From: Felis catus
Lineage: Eukaryota
Assembly (NCBI RefSeq): GCF_018350175.1
Contig: NC_058368.1
Span: forward strand, 229,712,001 to 229,776,000
Length of the DNA stretch: 64,000 bases
Direction: 5' to 3'
A program made the translations under genes and the position numbers. Shown here piece after piece: positions 37,301 through 51,862 of the stretch (the stretch's first letter is position 1; every line of letters starts with the position of its first letter). The notes below the pieces were generated by a model. That model was given only the letters and a program-made list of their open reading frames with translations. It ran no database searches and was not told the DNA's origin.

Positions 37301-38270
37301 TTTTCATATGATTTGTATTCATTTTTAGTGTCTGTTTTCCATACCTTTATGTAACATCATTTACTTAAATAACTTCCTATTTTTGGAGATTGATGGCATT
37401 TTTGTTTTTTGGTGGTATGTGTAATGCTGTGATTAAAGCTACATAGTTTTCATCAGGCTATTTTCTGTAGATTACTTCCTAGAACTGGATGTTTTCAAGG
37501 CTGTTGATAGATGTTGTCAATTTGTCCTACAGAAAGGTTATATAATTTACATTTCCTTCAGCGAGGCAGGAGTGTGCCAATTTCTCCATGATTTCAACAA
37601 CTGGGTATTTTAATTAAAAAAAAAAAAGCGAAAACAAATTCCAATTAGGAGGAAAATTGTGTTTTTCCTGTGATTTAATTTGCCTCTCTGTGACTATGGC
37701 TGAGGTTAAATATTACATAAGTTGATGACGCCGTCCTAATTCTTTTGTAAATTGTCTTTTTGTATGTTTTGCGCATTTCTGAGTTGGTTTATCTGCCTCA
37801 TTTCTCATTGTTTTATATTGTCTATAGTAGTTATATTACCTTTGCCAGGTTTTATCAATTTATTAACCATTTTATTCTTATTTTTAAAGCATAATTCTAA
37901 AGCTTGTAGTTAAATGTATTCCTTTTTCCTGGGGGGAGGGAGTCCTTCTTTAAGGGAGCATTCTACCTTCCCTGATTTTCTTTGTCCCAGTAGTAAATAT
38001 GGTAATGGAGCAAATGGTGGAGGGAGTATTTAATAGTTGTATTCTGACTTGACTGAGTTCATATCTCAACTGTTCCATTTTTCTATTAGCAAGTGGTAAG
38101 TTATTACTGAGTGCCACTGTTGATAGAGGGCAGGTAACTCCTGTGTCTTCAGGCTGCTGTGAAGGCAGATTAAGAGACTATGGACCTCACATACATAGCA
38201 GAGAGGCTAGTATATTTGTGAATCTCAAACACCTTAGTTCTTTCTACTCTTCCTTTTTTTATTAAAACAT

Positions 38271-38483
38271 TTTTAAAGCTGATTTGTTTATTTTGAGAGA
38301 GAGAGAGAGAGCGAGCACGAGCAGGGTAGGGGCAGAGAGAGAAGGAGAGAGAGAATCCCAAGCGGGCTCCCCATTGTCCGTGCAGAGCCTGATGCGGGGC
38401 TCGAACTCATGAACTGGGAGATCATGACCTGAGCTGAAATCAAGAGTCGGATGCTTCACTGACTGAGCCACGCAGGCGCCCCT
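38271..38483 (-). mobile_element. CanSINE
   Basis: Complete antisense pattern ending caggcgcccc. Confidence 0.93.
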
Positions 38484-39854
38484 CAACTGTTAAATAATAA
38501 AGATGACACATCTTTTTCTCTAATTCTGCCTTTTGCTTGCTCCACAGGAAGCATAATTAGGCACCTGCACAGGCTTAGGGACCTGTGTATGACGGGCCAG
38601 GTGTTTGCCACGGTCTGGGGCTCACAGGTGGAAGGCCTGTGTGTGTGCTGTTGTCATCCCCACTGTGGCCTCGCTGAAATAGTGTTTCAAGTTCTTTCGG
38701 AAGAGTAAGGGTGACATTGTTAGGCAAATACATGATTTTCTATTTCACGGATAATATAGATCCATATGTATATTTCCCTATCAAATCATATGTGTACCTT
38801 TTAGTACATGCACCTTTCTCTCTGGTCACATAGGACCTTGCTTCTTTCCACCCCCACTGCACACCGGTAATCTGTCTTTTTATCATTGATTCTCAAATCT
38901 TCGGATAATAATCGGCACATAGTAAACTCTATGTGTTAATCATTGTGCGCTATACATACATTTGTTTTCATTGTCAAAACTGGTTCATCAACTAGGGTCT
39001 GTTTGGTTTCTTTCAGTGCATTTTGGGCACTGGAATTCTGGAGGGAACGCTGAATTAGGATTCTGAATTTGGGATCCAAATCATGAAATCATTTTTGTTC
39101 TGTCTTCTGATCTTGCATCTGAGACTATTTTCTCATTCGCTTATTAGGGTCAACACTTACAGTATTTTTGTGAATGTGATATTATAATAAATGTGAAAAT
39201 GCTTCGGGAAATGCTATCATAATAAGCATTTAAGTATAAAATACATTCCCTGAAATTTTTGATCTGCTTCAGGGTTTTTGATTTGTTTTGTTTTGTTTTG
39301 TTTTGTTGATGAATTGGACCGGACCAAAAGATTTTCTTGTCTGTAAAACTAAATCTCTGACCTCCATTATGAACACGGTTATGAAATGGTCAGTCCCCTA
39401 ATGGTTATCAAGATGCTGTGACATTCCAAGCTTAGACCTCACTTAGAGGAAGAATTCTCCTTTATCCACCACTGGAAATAATTCCTGTTGTTTCTTTATA
39501 CCACTTCAAAAATTATGTCACGCCAAATTGGCTCAAAAAAAAAAGTTCTATTTTTTTTTCTCTCTGCACAGATATGTCCTGCTTAAAAGAGGAGGAGTGA
39601 AAATGAAGCCCTATTGTTCCTCAGGGATTGAAGTCTGTAGAAATGTCCCCAGAATATTATTTTCTCTCCTGGTGGGCTGCTGAGTCTGGCGCCTGGAAGG
39701 CTTTATCAGGACAGTTTTAGAGGTGTGAACTGAAGCTGGCTTCCATTTTTCTTTTTTTTGAGCATATTTCCTTAAATCCTTTGAACAACATTTCAGAGGA
39801 TTATCACTCTAACTGTAGGTTGCCAATAGGAAGAAATCGTGTGTAAACTTAGGA

Positions 39855-39855
<1 letters not shown>

Positions 39856-39893
<38 letters not shown>

Positions 39894-39894
39894 C
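39856..39894. repeat. (AAC)13 microsatellite
   Basis: Direct reading. Confidence 0.95.
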
Positions 39895-42123
39895 GAAACT
39901 TGAATTTGTTCCCTGTTCTCAAAACTTGAAGGAAGTAAAGAAGGGAAGTTTATATCCATCCCTTCAGTGAGTATGTTACTTAGCAGTAAAGGTTTAGGTA
40001 CTCAAGGGGAGATGCTAGTCAATCATGGTTTTGCTTGTGCTTCTAGCAATTTCAGAGACGGTTCTATTTTTTGTTTTTGTTTTTTTTTTAATTTAGCTTC
40101 GGGTAGGTTGTGTGATGAATTGTACAGTGATCCTGTACCTCTGGCTGTAGCAGTTGAGAGGTTCATGGTGCGCTCTTAGCTTGTACATGTGAACCCCAGA
40201 AAGAAACAGGGTGTAAGAGGATATGGGGCAAGGCGACAGCTCGGGGAACCTGACCCTTAGGTGATATCCCTCCTTCATCTGCAAATACAGACTGTGGAGA
40301 CAGAAGACTATGTTCTGGTGGCTTCTGATAGAGGGGTGGAGGGTTAGTAACACCAGAGAAGAACTGTGGACATTTTAAGAAGTGAGAGGGAGCAGGAAGC
40401 TTCAACTAGTTTTTGGTAACAGAGTGTTTTTCGATGGGCTGGTCAGTTGTTCGTGGACTAATCCATTCAGTCAACACCCCTGGCCAAGTATAAGGTTGGA
40501 AGAAGCGATATGATATGTTATACTTATATGTTACACAGAGTAGCAAGTGACATACGTACACGTTAAACAGAGCAGCAAATGACCTGCTGCTCCAGGGTCA
40601 GATAGCCTGCTGCCCGCCCCCCCCCCCCCCCAGTGGTTTAGCCTATTTCTCTAGTTGAAAAGTGACTGTATCTCTGTCCTCTTCAGACTTGGACTTCAAG
40701 CTGAGCATGCCATCCCCGAGCACACCTTATTTCCTGTCACTTCTCTGAAATCCTTCCCTGCCTTCTGAGTGCCAGGTCTGTGAAAACGTGTTATGTAATT
40801 GCTCCCAGGACTCGCGATCTTTCCGTATGAAGCATAAATGCTTTGCATTTGCACAGTGTAATAATCCGAGTTTTATGTGGCTTCCCGGCGGCTTGTCAAA
40901 GTACACATTTTATACCAGTGGTTGTATTCTCTCCAGGTTGGCAAGTGGGAGAGCGGGGTGATAACCTGATACAGTGCTGTCTCAGCCGAACAGGGTGTGG
41001 GAGGAAATACAAGCAAAGTTACTCCTTTGGCTTGTGTGGCTTGTTCGTCCCTGCAAAGTGCTCCCCTGTGTTTCAACTTTTGAACGCGAGGCTGAGAATT
41101 TTGAACACAATGTAACAGATTTTTGAACCAGTAGTAGGTTTTGTCATTTTTGCTTATTCTCAGAAGCTGCTTGGGTGATACTACGTCTGAGTTTGAATAT
41201 ACATGCTATTCCTTGCAGTCAGTTCTCATTGGAGCTAATTGAGATGTAATGGATTCAGGATTTGGTGGCCAGATGAGTTTTTTGTTTGTTTGTTTTTAGC
41301 TCTGACCCAATGAAGCTGCTTTTGAACTTTGAGTTATTTTCAGTTTCTCTCACTGTCCTTTATGCTTACACAGGGGCGTTGGGTGTCCTTGCTTTTTCTT
41401 CTTACTTTTTCGAACGAATTGCTTTGTGGACTTTGAGGGATAATTCTGTTTCCTGTTTGTTGCACCTTATTAGTTTTCAATATGTATGCCCGTGACTTAC
41501 ATTAAGATGCTGCCTGTGTACCGTAGGAGTAATTTCAGATTTTCTGCTTCATGATTTTCATGTAAGTAGAGCTTTGTTACCTGTGTGTTTGCTACTCATG
41601 CATCTTTGAAGACAGGTATCATTAGGCATTTGGGACAAGGTAGGGCTGCTTCCACATCCATTGTAAGGCACTGAGAAGGACAGTGAAGGCAGGTGGGTCG
41701 TCCTGGTGTATGCCTGTGGTGCCCAACGCTTTGCGGTGACTCTGGAGGCACGTGGAAATGTTTGCCATCGTCACATTCAGAAGCTAGGCTGCACGTGCAT
41801 ATTAGGCTAGAAAGTATAGATGCAGGGTGAGAGGTCAAGTGTTGTGATATGCAGATGTACGCGATTATAGAGAATACTGTGATGTCAGAATTTGTGAAGC
41901 TGGTGTGTGTGGCTCACCAGAAGAAGACAGTAGAACATTTTGACAGTGGGTCTGTAGGCAGCTCTGTAGCGTTGAGTAGATGCTGGGTGGCATAAATATT
42001 ACTAAACCCAAAGGTAAGGACACACCAGGTTTCCCTCAGCTGCAGAAGTTCAGGAAAATGTCCAGGGGCTTGTCTTTTGTGGTGGTGGAAGGACTTCACT
42101 AAATGAAAACATTATACCAGATA

Positions 42124-42480
42124 GTCTTAGCTCAGGCTGCCATAACAAAATACTGTGGATTGGGGGGCGTCATCAACAGACATGTATTTCTCACAGTTCT
42201 GGAGGCTGGAGAGTCTGAGGTCGAGGTGCCTGCTGATTCGGTTCCTGGTGAGAGCTCTCTTCCTGGCTTGTAGATGACTGCCATCTTTCTGTGCCTTCAC
42301 ATGGCATTTCCTTGGTTCATGTATCTTTCTCTCTTCCTCTTCTTATAAGATCCTTTATCCCTTTATGAGGACCTCAGCTCATGACCTAATCTAGCCCTAA
42401 TTATCTCCAAAGCCCCAAATGTAAATACCATCACATTAGAGTAAGGCTTCAATATACACGTTTTGTGGGGATACAAGCTT
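42124..42480 (-). mobile_element. MLT1A-like LTR
   Basis: gtcttagctcaggctgccataacaaaatac...tctcacagttctggaggctgg...ggcttcaatatacacgttttgtgggg. Confidence 0.88.
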
Positions 42481-42725
42481 TCTATCCGTGACAGAGAGCA
42501 TAGCAAGGTCTCGATGCCCAGGAAGGCCCACATCTGATGGCAGATTTGGGGTGTTTGATATTGAATTGATCCCTAAATGAATGAGAACCACTGATTGATA
42601 ATCTGGGTCATTACTCAAGGTATTTTTAATTATTTTTTAGTTCACTTTAAGTCTTTGGCTTTGATTTCTAAATTATAGAATGTGACACACAGAACAATTT
42701 GCTAGGTAGAATTCCTAGACATACA

Positions 42726-43142
42726 TTTCTTTTCTTTTTTTTTTAAGTTTGTTTAGGGACGCCTGGGTGGCTCAGTCGGTTAAGCCTCTCACTTTGGCTC
42801 ATGTCATGATCTCGTGGTGTGTGGGTTTGAGCCCTACGTCAGGGACAGCTGACAGCTGACAACTCAGAGCCTGGAGCCTGCTTTGGATTCTGTGTCTCCC
42901 TCTCTCTCTGCCCCTCCCCTGCTCTCACTCTGTCAAAAATGAATGAATGGTAAAAAATGTAAAACAAATAAAATTTGTGTATTTACTTTGAGAGAGAGAG
43001 AGAGGGAGAGAGAGAATCCCACGCAGGCTCCGCGCCATCAGCACAGAGCCCAACGCAGGGCTCAGACTCATGAACCTTGAGATCGTGACCTGAGCCAAAA
43101 TCAAGAGTCAGATGCTTAAACCTGAGCCACCCAGGCGCCCCC
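42726..43142 (-). mobile_element. Antisense CanSINE with a sense CanSINE (42756-42972) nested in its tail
   Basis: Outer TSD ctagaYaYacattt; inner element is complete and in the opposite orientation. Confidence 0.9.
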
Positions 43143-43726
43143 TAGATACACATTTTTATATTTATTAACATATGCTATTCCAAAGTTTTTTATTAATATT
43201 TTTAAAAATTACGTGGATGCTCCTCGTCTTGGTTGACCCTTCCATCTCTTACCACCTTTACTCTTAAAGATGCGGATCCAAGCTCCTGTCACTTCTTACC
43301 AAGATTTGTGCAGCAAGCTGCCCCCCCCCCCTCCGCCTTTCCTGTGCTTCCTTGAAGTTTCCCTCCACAGTAGCCGGACGTCTCCTTTTAAGTCTTCTCA
43401 TATCTTGCCTTTGTTTAGAAGCCTCACAATGACGCCAAGAAAAAGGGTCAACTTCTTCCTGTCTTGTCTCACCTACATCTTCTCCCAGTGATTTATTAGG
43501 CTACAGTCCAGCCAATTTGGCCACCTCTCTGTCTCCCCTACTCATTTCCCTAAAGCTGATCCTCTCCTGGTTTCTCACCTAACACTTACCATTGTATTTT
43601 CTTCACGACCTGTAAGAGAATTGGAAACCATCTCCTTTGTTTATTGGTTTGCAAGTTTATTTTCACATCTTCTCCCATTTGAATACAACCTTTTGGAAGG
43701 TTGGTCATTAAAAAGACTTTAAAATT

Positions 43727-43920
43727 TGGGCACCTGGGTGGCTCAGTTGGTAAAGTGTCCAACTCTTGATCTTGGCTCAGGTCATGATGTCGTGGTTTGT
43801 GGGTCTGAGCCCCGTGTCCAGATGTGTGCTGATGGCACGGGATTCTGTCTCTCCTTCTCTCTGTCCCTCACCTGCTTGTGCTCTCTCTCTCTATCTCAAA
43901 ATAAATAAGCTTAAAAAAAA
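43727..43920 (+). mobile_element. CanSINE
   Basis: TSD aaaagactttaaaatt. Confidence 0.92.
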
Positions 43921-46319
43921 AGACTTTAAAATTCATCCTATACTGGTGTAGTAGCAGGAGGAACTCGCAAGGATTAATGTCTGCCTGGCTTCGAGTAGCG
44001 ATCTTATGTAGGATAAATTTTTAATACGCAGTAATCATTGAATCATATCACAGATGTATGTTGAAATGGAAGACAAGATAGAAGACAGATCATCTATCAC
44101 TGAATGAATGTCAGAGACCAGTACGATGATTAGTTAGTAAGAGCTGATGCGTTTCCATGTGTGGATCTAATATAATGCTTTTGCCTAACAGGTCAGCTGT
44201 CATATGATTTCCTGGCATCCTCAAGCATGGTAGGCTGTTTTTCAAAGGCAGATTAGCTCATAGTAAATAGGATATAAATATGCCAGGAATTTTGCTGCAG
44301 GAGGACATTAAACTTACTTTTAGAACAAAAAAATAGAACTGTACAAAGTTTACTTTTTCATGGAACAGTATTCATCATCTTAAAGCAGTGGAGTATGAAA
44401 TATGGAAATGTTGATTAGATGAGAACTTCCAGGATATTCTTTTGTCAAGACATTATCTTAAAGTATTGATGAATGTAGGCAAAAATGGGAAAAATGATCA
44501 TATAGGATTATCAGAAGTAGATTTATTTTCGTAAGGTGAATTTATTTAATATTCCCTGTTATATTTAAATTGAAGATACTGTCTATGATTTGGAATATTG
44601 TCAACTGAAAGAAAAGTAAATTATTTTGAATTACTACAGCCTTATCTAAATGTTACTCTTGGCATAAGCCCTTGAATGATATATGTTGATAATTTTGTGA
44701 CTTGTTTAATAAAGAATAAATGGCAATGTTTCAGGGATGTGGATTTTTTTAACTGCTACATATTAAAATATCACAAGCCAATTTATGTGACTTCAAGAGT
44801 GATATTTTCATAATTGCATATTTGCTTCTATTTCCTCTCATACAGGAAATGTCTACAACTTGGAGTTAATATTAACAGAAAAATAAGTATTTGCTTTTAC
44901 ACACTTTCATGTCTCATGTTAGGACTCTGCTGTCACAAAATCCCCTTTCTATTTAAATTAGCTATGCTTTTCGTCAGATTATTTGTCTTTGAAAAACAAA
45001 ACCTCCACATAGAAAATTTGATTGAAGTTATTGAATTAGTGTCATTAGGTTGAGGAAGTTCCTTTTAAGTAACAGGAGTATTTTAGGGTGGTTTTCTTTT
45101 TTTTTTTTAAGTTTAAAGTTATTGCTACCCACTCGAGCAAAAATATGGATTAAATTGTTTCCTGTTGTCTTGGCTACATATTTCTGCACCTTTAGCTTAT
45201 GAATTTCTCTGTAGATGATGTCTTAAAATAATTGACAGGTTAGTCACGGAGAGCAGTTTGGGAGTTTGTAACAGGAAAGGAAGGTGTCATCTGTGACCTT
45301 GTCTAGATGCTGGTCACCTCAGGAGCTCAGTGCAAGGTAGCAGGCTCCTTGCAGTGTTTACCTGTTGACATTCAGCATGCTAATAGTTTCAGCTTTTGGC
45401 ATGGAGCCTTATTCAGAGAGAAGTGGGGCCCTCACCTGATTGTTTACCAAGGGCAGTACATGTCTTGAGAAGGTTTTTACTTAAGTCATCCCGGGAAATG
45501 CAGGCCTACATTGCTACATCATTGAGAGTATTAGGTAGATCCATGTGAAATTGCAACCCTCTTTGACCTACAAAAATGGCAATTGAAGCCAAATCATTGA
45601 TCTCGTTAATCGAGGAGTTAATTAATAATTGCAAAATAACATCTATACTTTTTTCCTCTTCAGTTCACCATTTAGTAGGTTAATAACAAATAAGGGATTC
45701 AAATTCTCTTGTGTTTATGAGTACTGAGGGAGATGTGCCAACTTGTGGCTCATGGGGGAAACCACTGATTGGATTAAGGTTGGCAGGACTGGAAAGAATT
45801 AACTTTAATCCCTGAGAAATTTAAGGAACTGTCAGCTGGTATGTTTGGCCCCAGGGAGTGGGATGCAGGCTGTCACTTCCTGCCCTAGATACTTACTCTT
45901 ATCTTCATCAATGATTTTACTGGTGTGTGTGTGTGTGTGTGTGTGTGTGTTTAGCCTAGCTATAAGCTTGTAATTTTGGTTTTTAAGCTCCATAGGATTT
46001 ATTTATTTATTTAAAGGACAAAATAAATTAATGTTCTCATATTTTCATGAGACTCTTTTCTAAGTTTCAATGATTTTTGGTTCTTGCACTGTAAAATGTC
46101 ATACGGTCATTCTAAATGATGTTCGAAGTCGTATAAAAATGCCATTGATTTATACAATTGAAGCTCCTCAGTCTTGTCCAAACGTTTACTTCAAACTGGA
46201 TATGCTGGTAATACTAAATTGAGGACATTAAAATATACTTTAGTTTCCAAGAACACAAGTAAGCAATTTATAAAAATTATTATTTAAAAAAGTCCAGCTT
46301 AAAGCCTTGATCTGACGGG

Positions 46320-46780
46320 TTGAAAAGGGCACGTGACTTTTGTGGCTTCCTCCCTGAAACCTATAGGCCTCATCCAGTCATGAGAAAAACATCAGTCCAG
46401 TCCCAAATGAGGGACATTGTACAAAATATCTAGTTCAGTATTCCTTAGAACTTTCAAGGTCCTCAAAAACAAGAACAACCTGAGACATGGTTAGAGCCAA
46501 GAGGAGCCCAAGTAGACATTAAGACTTAAAGTGCTATAGTGTCCTGGATGGGATCCTAGAATAGTAAAAGGACATTAAGAAAAAATTAAGTAAATCTGAA
46601 TGAAGTATGGACTTTAGTTAATAATAATGTGTCAAAACTGGTTCATTAATCGTAACAAGTATACCAATGTAAGGTGTTTATAATAGGGGAAGTTGGGTGC
46701 AGAGTATATGGGAATTTTGTCTACCGTGTTTGCCATTTTTCTGTAAACCTAAAATGGTCCTAAAACATAAAGTTATTTAT
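46320..46780 (+). mobile_element. Old L1 (L1MC-like) 3' end
   Basis: catgagaaaaacatcag...tcctggatgggatcctagaatagtaaaaggacatt...ttttctgtaaacctaaaa. Confidence 0.8.
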
Positions 46781-47201
46781 CTTTTATATCTAATTTTTAA
46801 CACTGTAAGTGTTTAAAATGCCTGCTAAAGGGTTTCAGTAAAGGAAAGGATGTTTCTGTCTGATTTTAATAGGCTTGGATGTTGTCCTAATATTTTTAAA
46901 TTGTTATTCAAATTGATTTATTAGCTACTTGTTAAATACTAAATCAGCATAAAATATTTTTTATCGTCTATGTTGTGGATTTATGGTTAAGGTGAGAGAA
47001 AGGACCGAATTTCTCAAAATTATAGAAAAAATAATGAAAAAGAAAATTTTTGTTTGATGATGTTTACAGTCATTAGATATGGATAACTCATAAGTGGCAA
47101 AATATCTCCCTTAATGTATTTTGTGTAGTGGCTTTTATTGAAGCAAAGGACATTGTCATCTTTTGTTTTGAAAATATTTTAACAAAATATATACATACAT
47201 A

Positions 47202-47328
47202 TTTTTTAAGTAGGCTCCACTCCTAGCATGGAGCCCAATGTGGGGCTTAAACTCACGATCCTGAGATCAAGACCTGAGCTGCCATCAAGAGTTGGATGCT
47301 TAACTGACTGAGCCACCCACGCGGCCCC
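47202..47328 (-). mobile_element. Short CanSINE
   Basis: ttttaagtaggctccac...actgagccacccacgcggcccc. Confidence 0.88.
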
Positions 47329-47502
47329 AAATGACAATATTTTAACAAATATTTTAATAGGACTCTTTTCCTCCTCCCGTTTACAAAACCAGAAACAAAT
47401 ATAGTTAGTTTTCATTTTATCATTTGCCTTACTGAAAACTTTGATGCCTTGTTTCTGGCCTTCTTAGGCAACCTGCACAGTCCCCAGGATGTACCTAGAG
47501 TT

Positions 47503-47684
47503 AGAGTTACCAGATTTAGCAATGAAAATACAGGATCCCTAGTAAAGTACGAATTGCAGATAATCAATAGTTTTGCTTGTTTTTTTTTTTTTTTCCCCAG
47601 TGTAAGTATGTCCCGTAAATGTTGCATGGGGCACACTTATGCTAAAAAATTGTTTTTCTGTAGTTCAGATTTAACTGGATGTCC
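47503..47684. mobile_element. MER53-like palindromic DNA transposon (MITE)
   Basis: agagttaccagatttagcaatgaaaatacaggat...taagtatgtccc...ggggcacacttat...atttaactggatgtcc matches the recalled MER53 layout. Confidence 0.75.
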
Positions 47685-48076
47685 CCATGTAGAATCTTAC
47701 GGACATGATAAGATCTGAAATTCTGTTGCTTTAATAATATTAACAATAATAATTACAATAGTTGTTGAGCCTTTAGTGTATGTTTAAGACTCCAACACTT
47801 TCCTTGTAATAAGAGACTTTCTTTTGGGTTTATTAATTCTTCAACATCACTATCTTAAATGCCACTTTCTTATGCCAAAACTTTTAGTCTTAACCTCGGC
47901 CCAAAGTGGACTCTTACAGAGCTTTTGTTTTTCATTTACTGTGGAGTATTTCATATTTTCGCCTTTTATAGCAATCATCTGCTAACTTGCCGGACCGTGA
48001 CTTTGAAGAGACAATCTGTGATGATCCTGTGGACACCTCAGACAAAGGAGTATAATATATTAAAATTAAAAAAAAA

Positions 48077-48090
48077 ATTTAATGTTGATT

Positions 48091-48127
<37 letters not shown>

Positions 48128-48294
48128 AAGAACAGGGGAGGGGCAGAGAGAGGGGGAGACACAGATTCAGAAGCAGGCTCCAGGCCCCAAGCTGTCAGCA
48201 CAGAGCCTGACGTGGGGCTAGAACTCACAAACAGCGAGATCGTGACCTGAGCCGAAGTCGGATGCTCAACCGACTGAGCCACCCAGGTGCCCCT
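48077..48294 (-). mobile_element. CanSINE
   Basis: Complete; TSD atatattaaaatt. Confidence 0.93.
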
Positions 48295-50292
48295 GATATA
48301 TTAAAATTTTCATGATTGAATGAGGAGATTGTGTATTCATTAGGATAAGCTCAGTTAAGTTGGTTTAACAAATGGCACCCAATTTTCAGCAGCTTAAAAG
48401 AGTAAAAGTTGGTACATCTTCAGCATGGTTGGTGAAAGGTGGGAATGGAGGCTTGGATAATCCTAGGCACCCCGGGCCCCAGGCCAATGGATCTGGCTTC
48501 TTAGTGAATTTTTCCATGATCATTGAAGTAGGGAAAGGGGAGTGGAAAATTGAGTCATCTGTCACTCAGTCCTGTATCATCAGGTAGAGTGAGTTGTGTG
48601 GCCATGCTCAACCTTAAATGGTGAGGGAAGCCAGTCCTACCATATACCCTGGGTGGGGAGAATCTGGACGCTGGTGAAGAGCCCTAAATACAGCATGGAC
48701 ACAAATGTGGGTGGAGCCTTTGAATGAGAGTTGGACAGCTTAGAAATACTTTCACTGTAGGAGTTATTTGTGAGCCTACAGCTTTTATTGGTAAAACAAA
48801 TATTGCTTTGGAATTCTTGTACATAAAATAAAAACTGAGGATTTTGTATAAAAATGAGAAAAAAGTAAATGTCAAAGTCTCATTGATGGCACAGAATAGG
48901 GCGTGAATCATGATTGGGAATAAATATTATGATAATGTGCTCAAATGAAATGGTAGCACACTCCAAAGTAGTCTTGCTGTTTTTCAATATTTCCATGAAA
49001 ATTAACTTGTCTAGATATACTGTTCCCAGATGTTAAGAGAAGGCAGATCAAACTTTTCCTGTATACACACACACACACACACACACACAGTTTTTTAAAA
49101 ATAAACTTGAAGACCTGATTTTTACATTTTATTTTGGTGGAAACAGTGCATCGTATCCAGAGACACTTGCCAGTTTTAAATGTCCCTCTTTGTCATATCC
49201 ATTTGTTTCTGTTCTATACTGACTCCCTGTCATTTCCCCCTGGCCCTCCTGTCCTTGCTTATGCGTCTGTCCCGAGGACCCCAGGGGTCGGTGATGCTTG
49301 GGTCAGGTTCTGCTGCTCCCCTTGGCATCCTTCTTGCGCTCCCTTCCATGCGGCACTGTCTCCATGGAAACCACAGGCTACTGGGCGGGCAGCTCCTCGG
49401 TGCCGGGTGGCTGGAGCTGGCAGAGGCAATCAAAGAGAGAGGAGGCCTTGAAGAGCCCTGGAAAAAGCTTCCAGTGTAATTGCAGAGACAGGACCGAAAA
49501 ATGTTATTAATTTGAGACATCCAGGCTTGTGGCGAAACTCCCGGGGGCCCCCATCTCTGCTCACGCCTTGCAGAAAAGTGTGCTCCTGCATCCACTGGCT
49601 TCCTGCTCCCGTGGGCCAGTGTTCTCCTTTGGGGTCTGAGGAAATTTGGGGAGGACCGAGGGAGTGTCAGTGCTGTGTAGCTGGTCACAAGCAGCAGACT
49701 CCATTGGCTCTTAATATAATTTAGATGTAGACACTGAATTTCCTGGTCACTGGATCTCAAGGCTACAAGCTTCAGTTCAGGGTTTGGCCATAAGTTGTCA
49801 CTTTTGCAGGTGTGCAAGCATTAGAGGAGTTTTCTGATGGAATTGTACTATTTGAGATCTGGATGGTTGAACAATGACAAACATTTGCTTCTGCTTTCTT
49901 CTCTACTCATTGATCTCTCCTGAAGGTGGGAGGTAAACAGAAGTACAAATTCCTTCTGTTTCTTGGGTTGCAATGAATCCTGCCCTATTTGGACCTGACC
50001 TTTTCTCTGGGGATCTCATCCCAGAGACAAGTGAGCAACCTTTTACAAGAAATGCACATACTGCTGAGGAGAGAGAGCAAAGAAGACAGAGAAGAAATTC
50101 TTTAGGGAACAGACCTGAGGAAAATATGTAATATTTATAATGGGTTTTTTTTATAACTCTGTTACACCATGTTTATTAGTACACACTGATGTAGTTTTTC
50201 AGGTATAAAATGAAAAACAATTCAGAAAGAATGGAATCACATTTTTGAGAGTCTCTTATTACTTCCAAAATTTCAGTTCCTTTGTGTATGCC

Positions 50293-50333
<41 letters not shown>

Positions 50334-51409
50334 CATTGTTAAGCTATTCTATAAAACAGTTTTAAAAAAGAGAGCATGAATAGAAGATAATTTTCTTTTG
50401 TGTTTCTTTTCTTATATGCAGGATTCATTTATTTGATTCCACTGCACGGAAGGTCTCAAGTTTGCATGCTACTCTCTGGTGCTTACATATTTTTAGATAT
50501 TAGGTGGATTTATATGTAGTTTTATTCCAATTTGATGTCTTTAATTTGAAATTGTATTTTTTCTTGCCTTTTATTATAGCGCATTTCCCCAAATGCAATA
50601 GTGTTAGTCCTTCTCATTTGATTCTCTTATTATATCTTTGTCTCAAAGATCAGTGATACTCTCAAAAGAGAATATGATGACAAATGATGAAGATCATAAT
50701 TATTATTATTGAAAATGAGGATTTTTCCCCCCAAACCTCTTATTTTCCAGCTGTGGATTGGGGCTTGATACGAAGCAAGAGCTTCTCAATAATATATCCT
50801 TTAAATATTGGAGATGATCTACAAACATATTCAAATATTGGTGATCTGGTTTAAAAACTATTTCCTTATCTTTTGAAATCGGCTTCTTTTACAAATTAAA
50901 GATGGTTTATTTCTTAGATTCTCAGTTTATAATGATCATTCAAAATTATTTTGCAAAGTTAACTTTTGAGACATAATAATTAAATTTTAGAAAATTAACT
51001 GAATGCCAATTAAAACAAAATAGCAAAATTTGAAGAGTGTATCTAGTGTAGTACATAGAAACCAACTTTTAGCATTTAATGCATATATTAGAAAAGAAGA
51101 ATAATTGATAATGAATTAGCTAAGTGTTCATGTTAAGATATTAGGGAAAAAAAGGAGATGGAGTAAAATGAAAGAAAGCAGTTAAAAGACAACTATTACA
51201 AAGATGCATACTACAGTCATTCCTAAGTATGATTTAGTAATAGGAATACGTTTTATCGGTCACAGACCACTTCAGTATTTACAACAGAGAGGATTTAATA
51301 TAGGAGATTGGTTACATTGTTGAGAGAAAAGCTGAGAAGTCAAACAAGGAGTCAGGGAAGTAACTCACAGACTTGCCTCAAAGCATGACTCCCATTAGCC
51401 TAGAGCAGT

Positions 51410-51646
51410 GTTTGTTGTTGTTCTTTTAAGTTTATTTATTTATTTTGAGAGAGAGACAGAGACCGAGAGAGAGAAGAAGGGGGAGAGGGCAGAGAGAGAG
51501 AGAGAGACAGACAGACAGAATCCCAATTCCAAGAAAGCTCCTCACTGCCAGCGCAGAGCCCTATGCGGGGCTCTAACTCATGAGCCATGAGATCATGACC
51601 TGAGCTGAAGTCAGATGCTTCACTGACTGCGTCACCCAGGTGCCCC
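51410..51646 (-). mobile_element. CanSINE at the edge of a MER20
   Basis: TSD tagaKcagtgttt. Confidence 0.9.
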
Positions 51647-51651
51647 TAGAT

Positions 51652-51862
51652 CAGTGTTTTTCAACCAGGGCCTGTGTGGTCCCTCTCCTCCACCAGAGGA
51701 CACTTTGCAATCTTTGGAGACATTTTGATGGTCATCACTGGGTGGGAGGTGCTGGCGGTATCTAGTGTATAGAGGCCAGGGATTCTACGTGCACAGGACA
51801 GCCCCCTCTAACAAAGAATTGTCTGGCCCCCAAATGTCAGTAGTACTGAGACTGAGAAACAA
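51652..51862 (+). mobile_element. MER20 (hAT-Charlie)
   Basis: cagtgtttttcaacc...ggagacattttg...tagaggccagggat...gcacaggacagcccc...tgagaaac. Confidence 0.85.
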
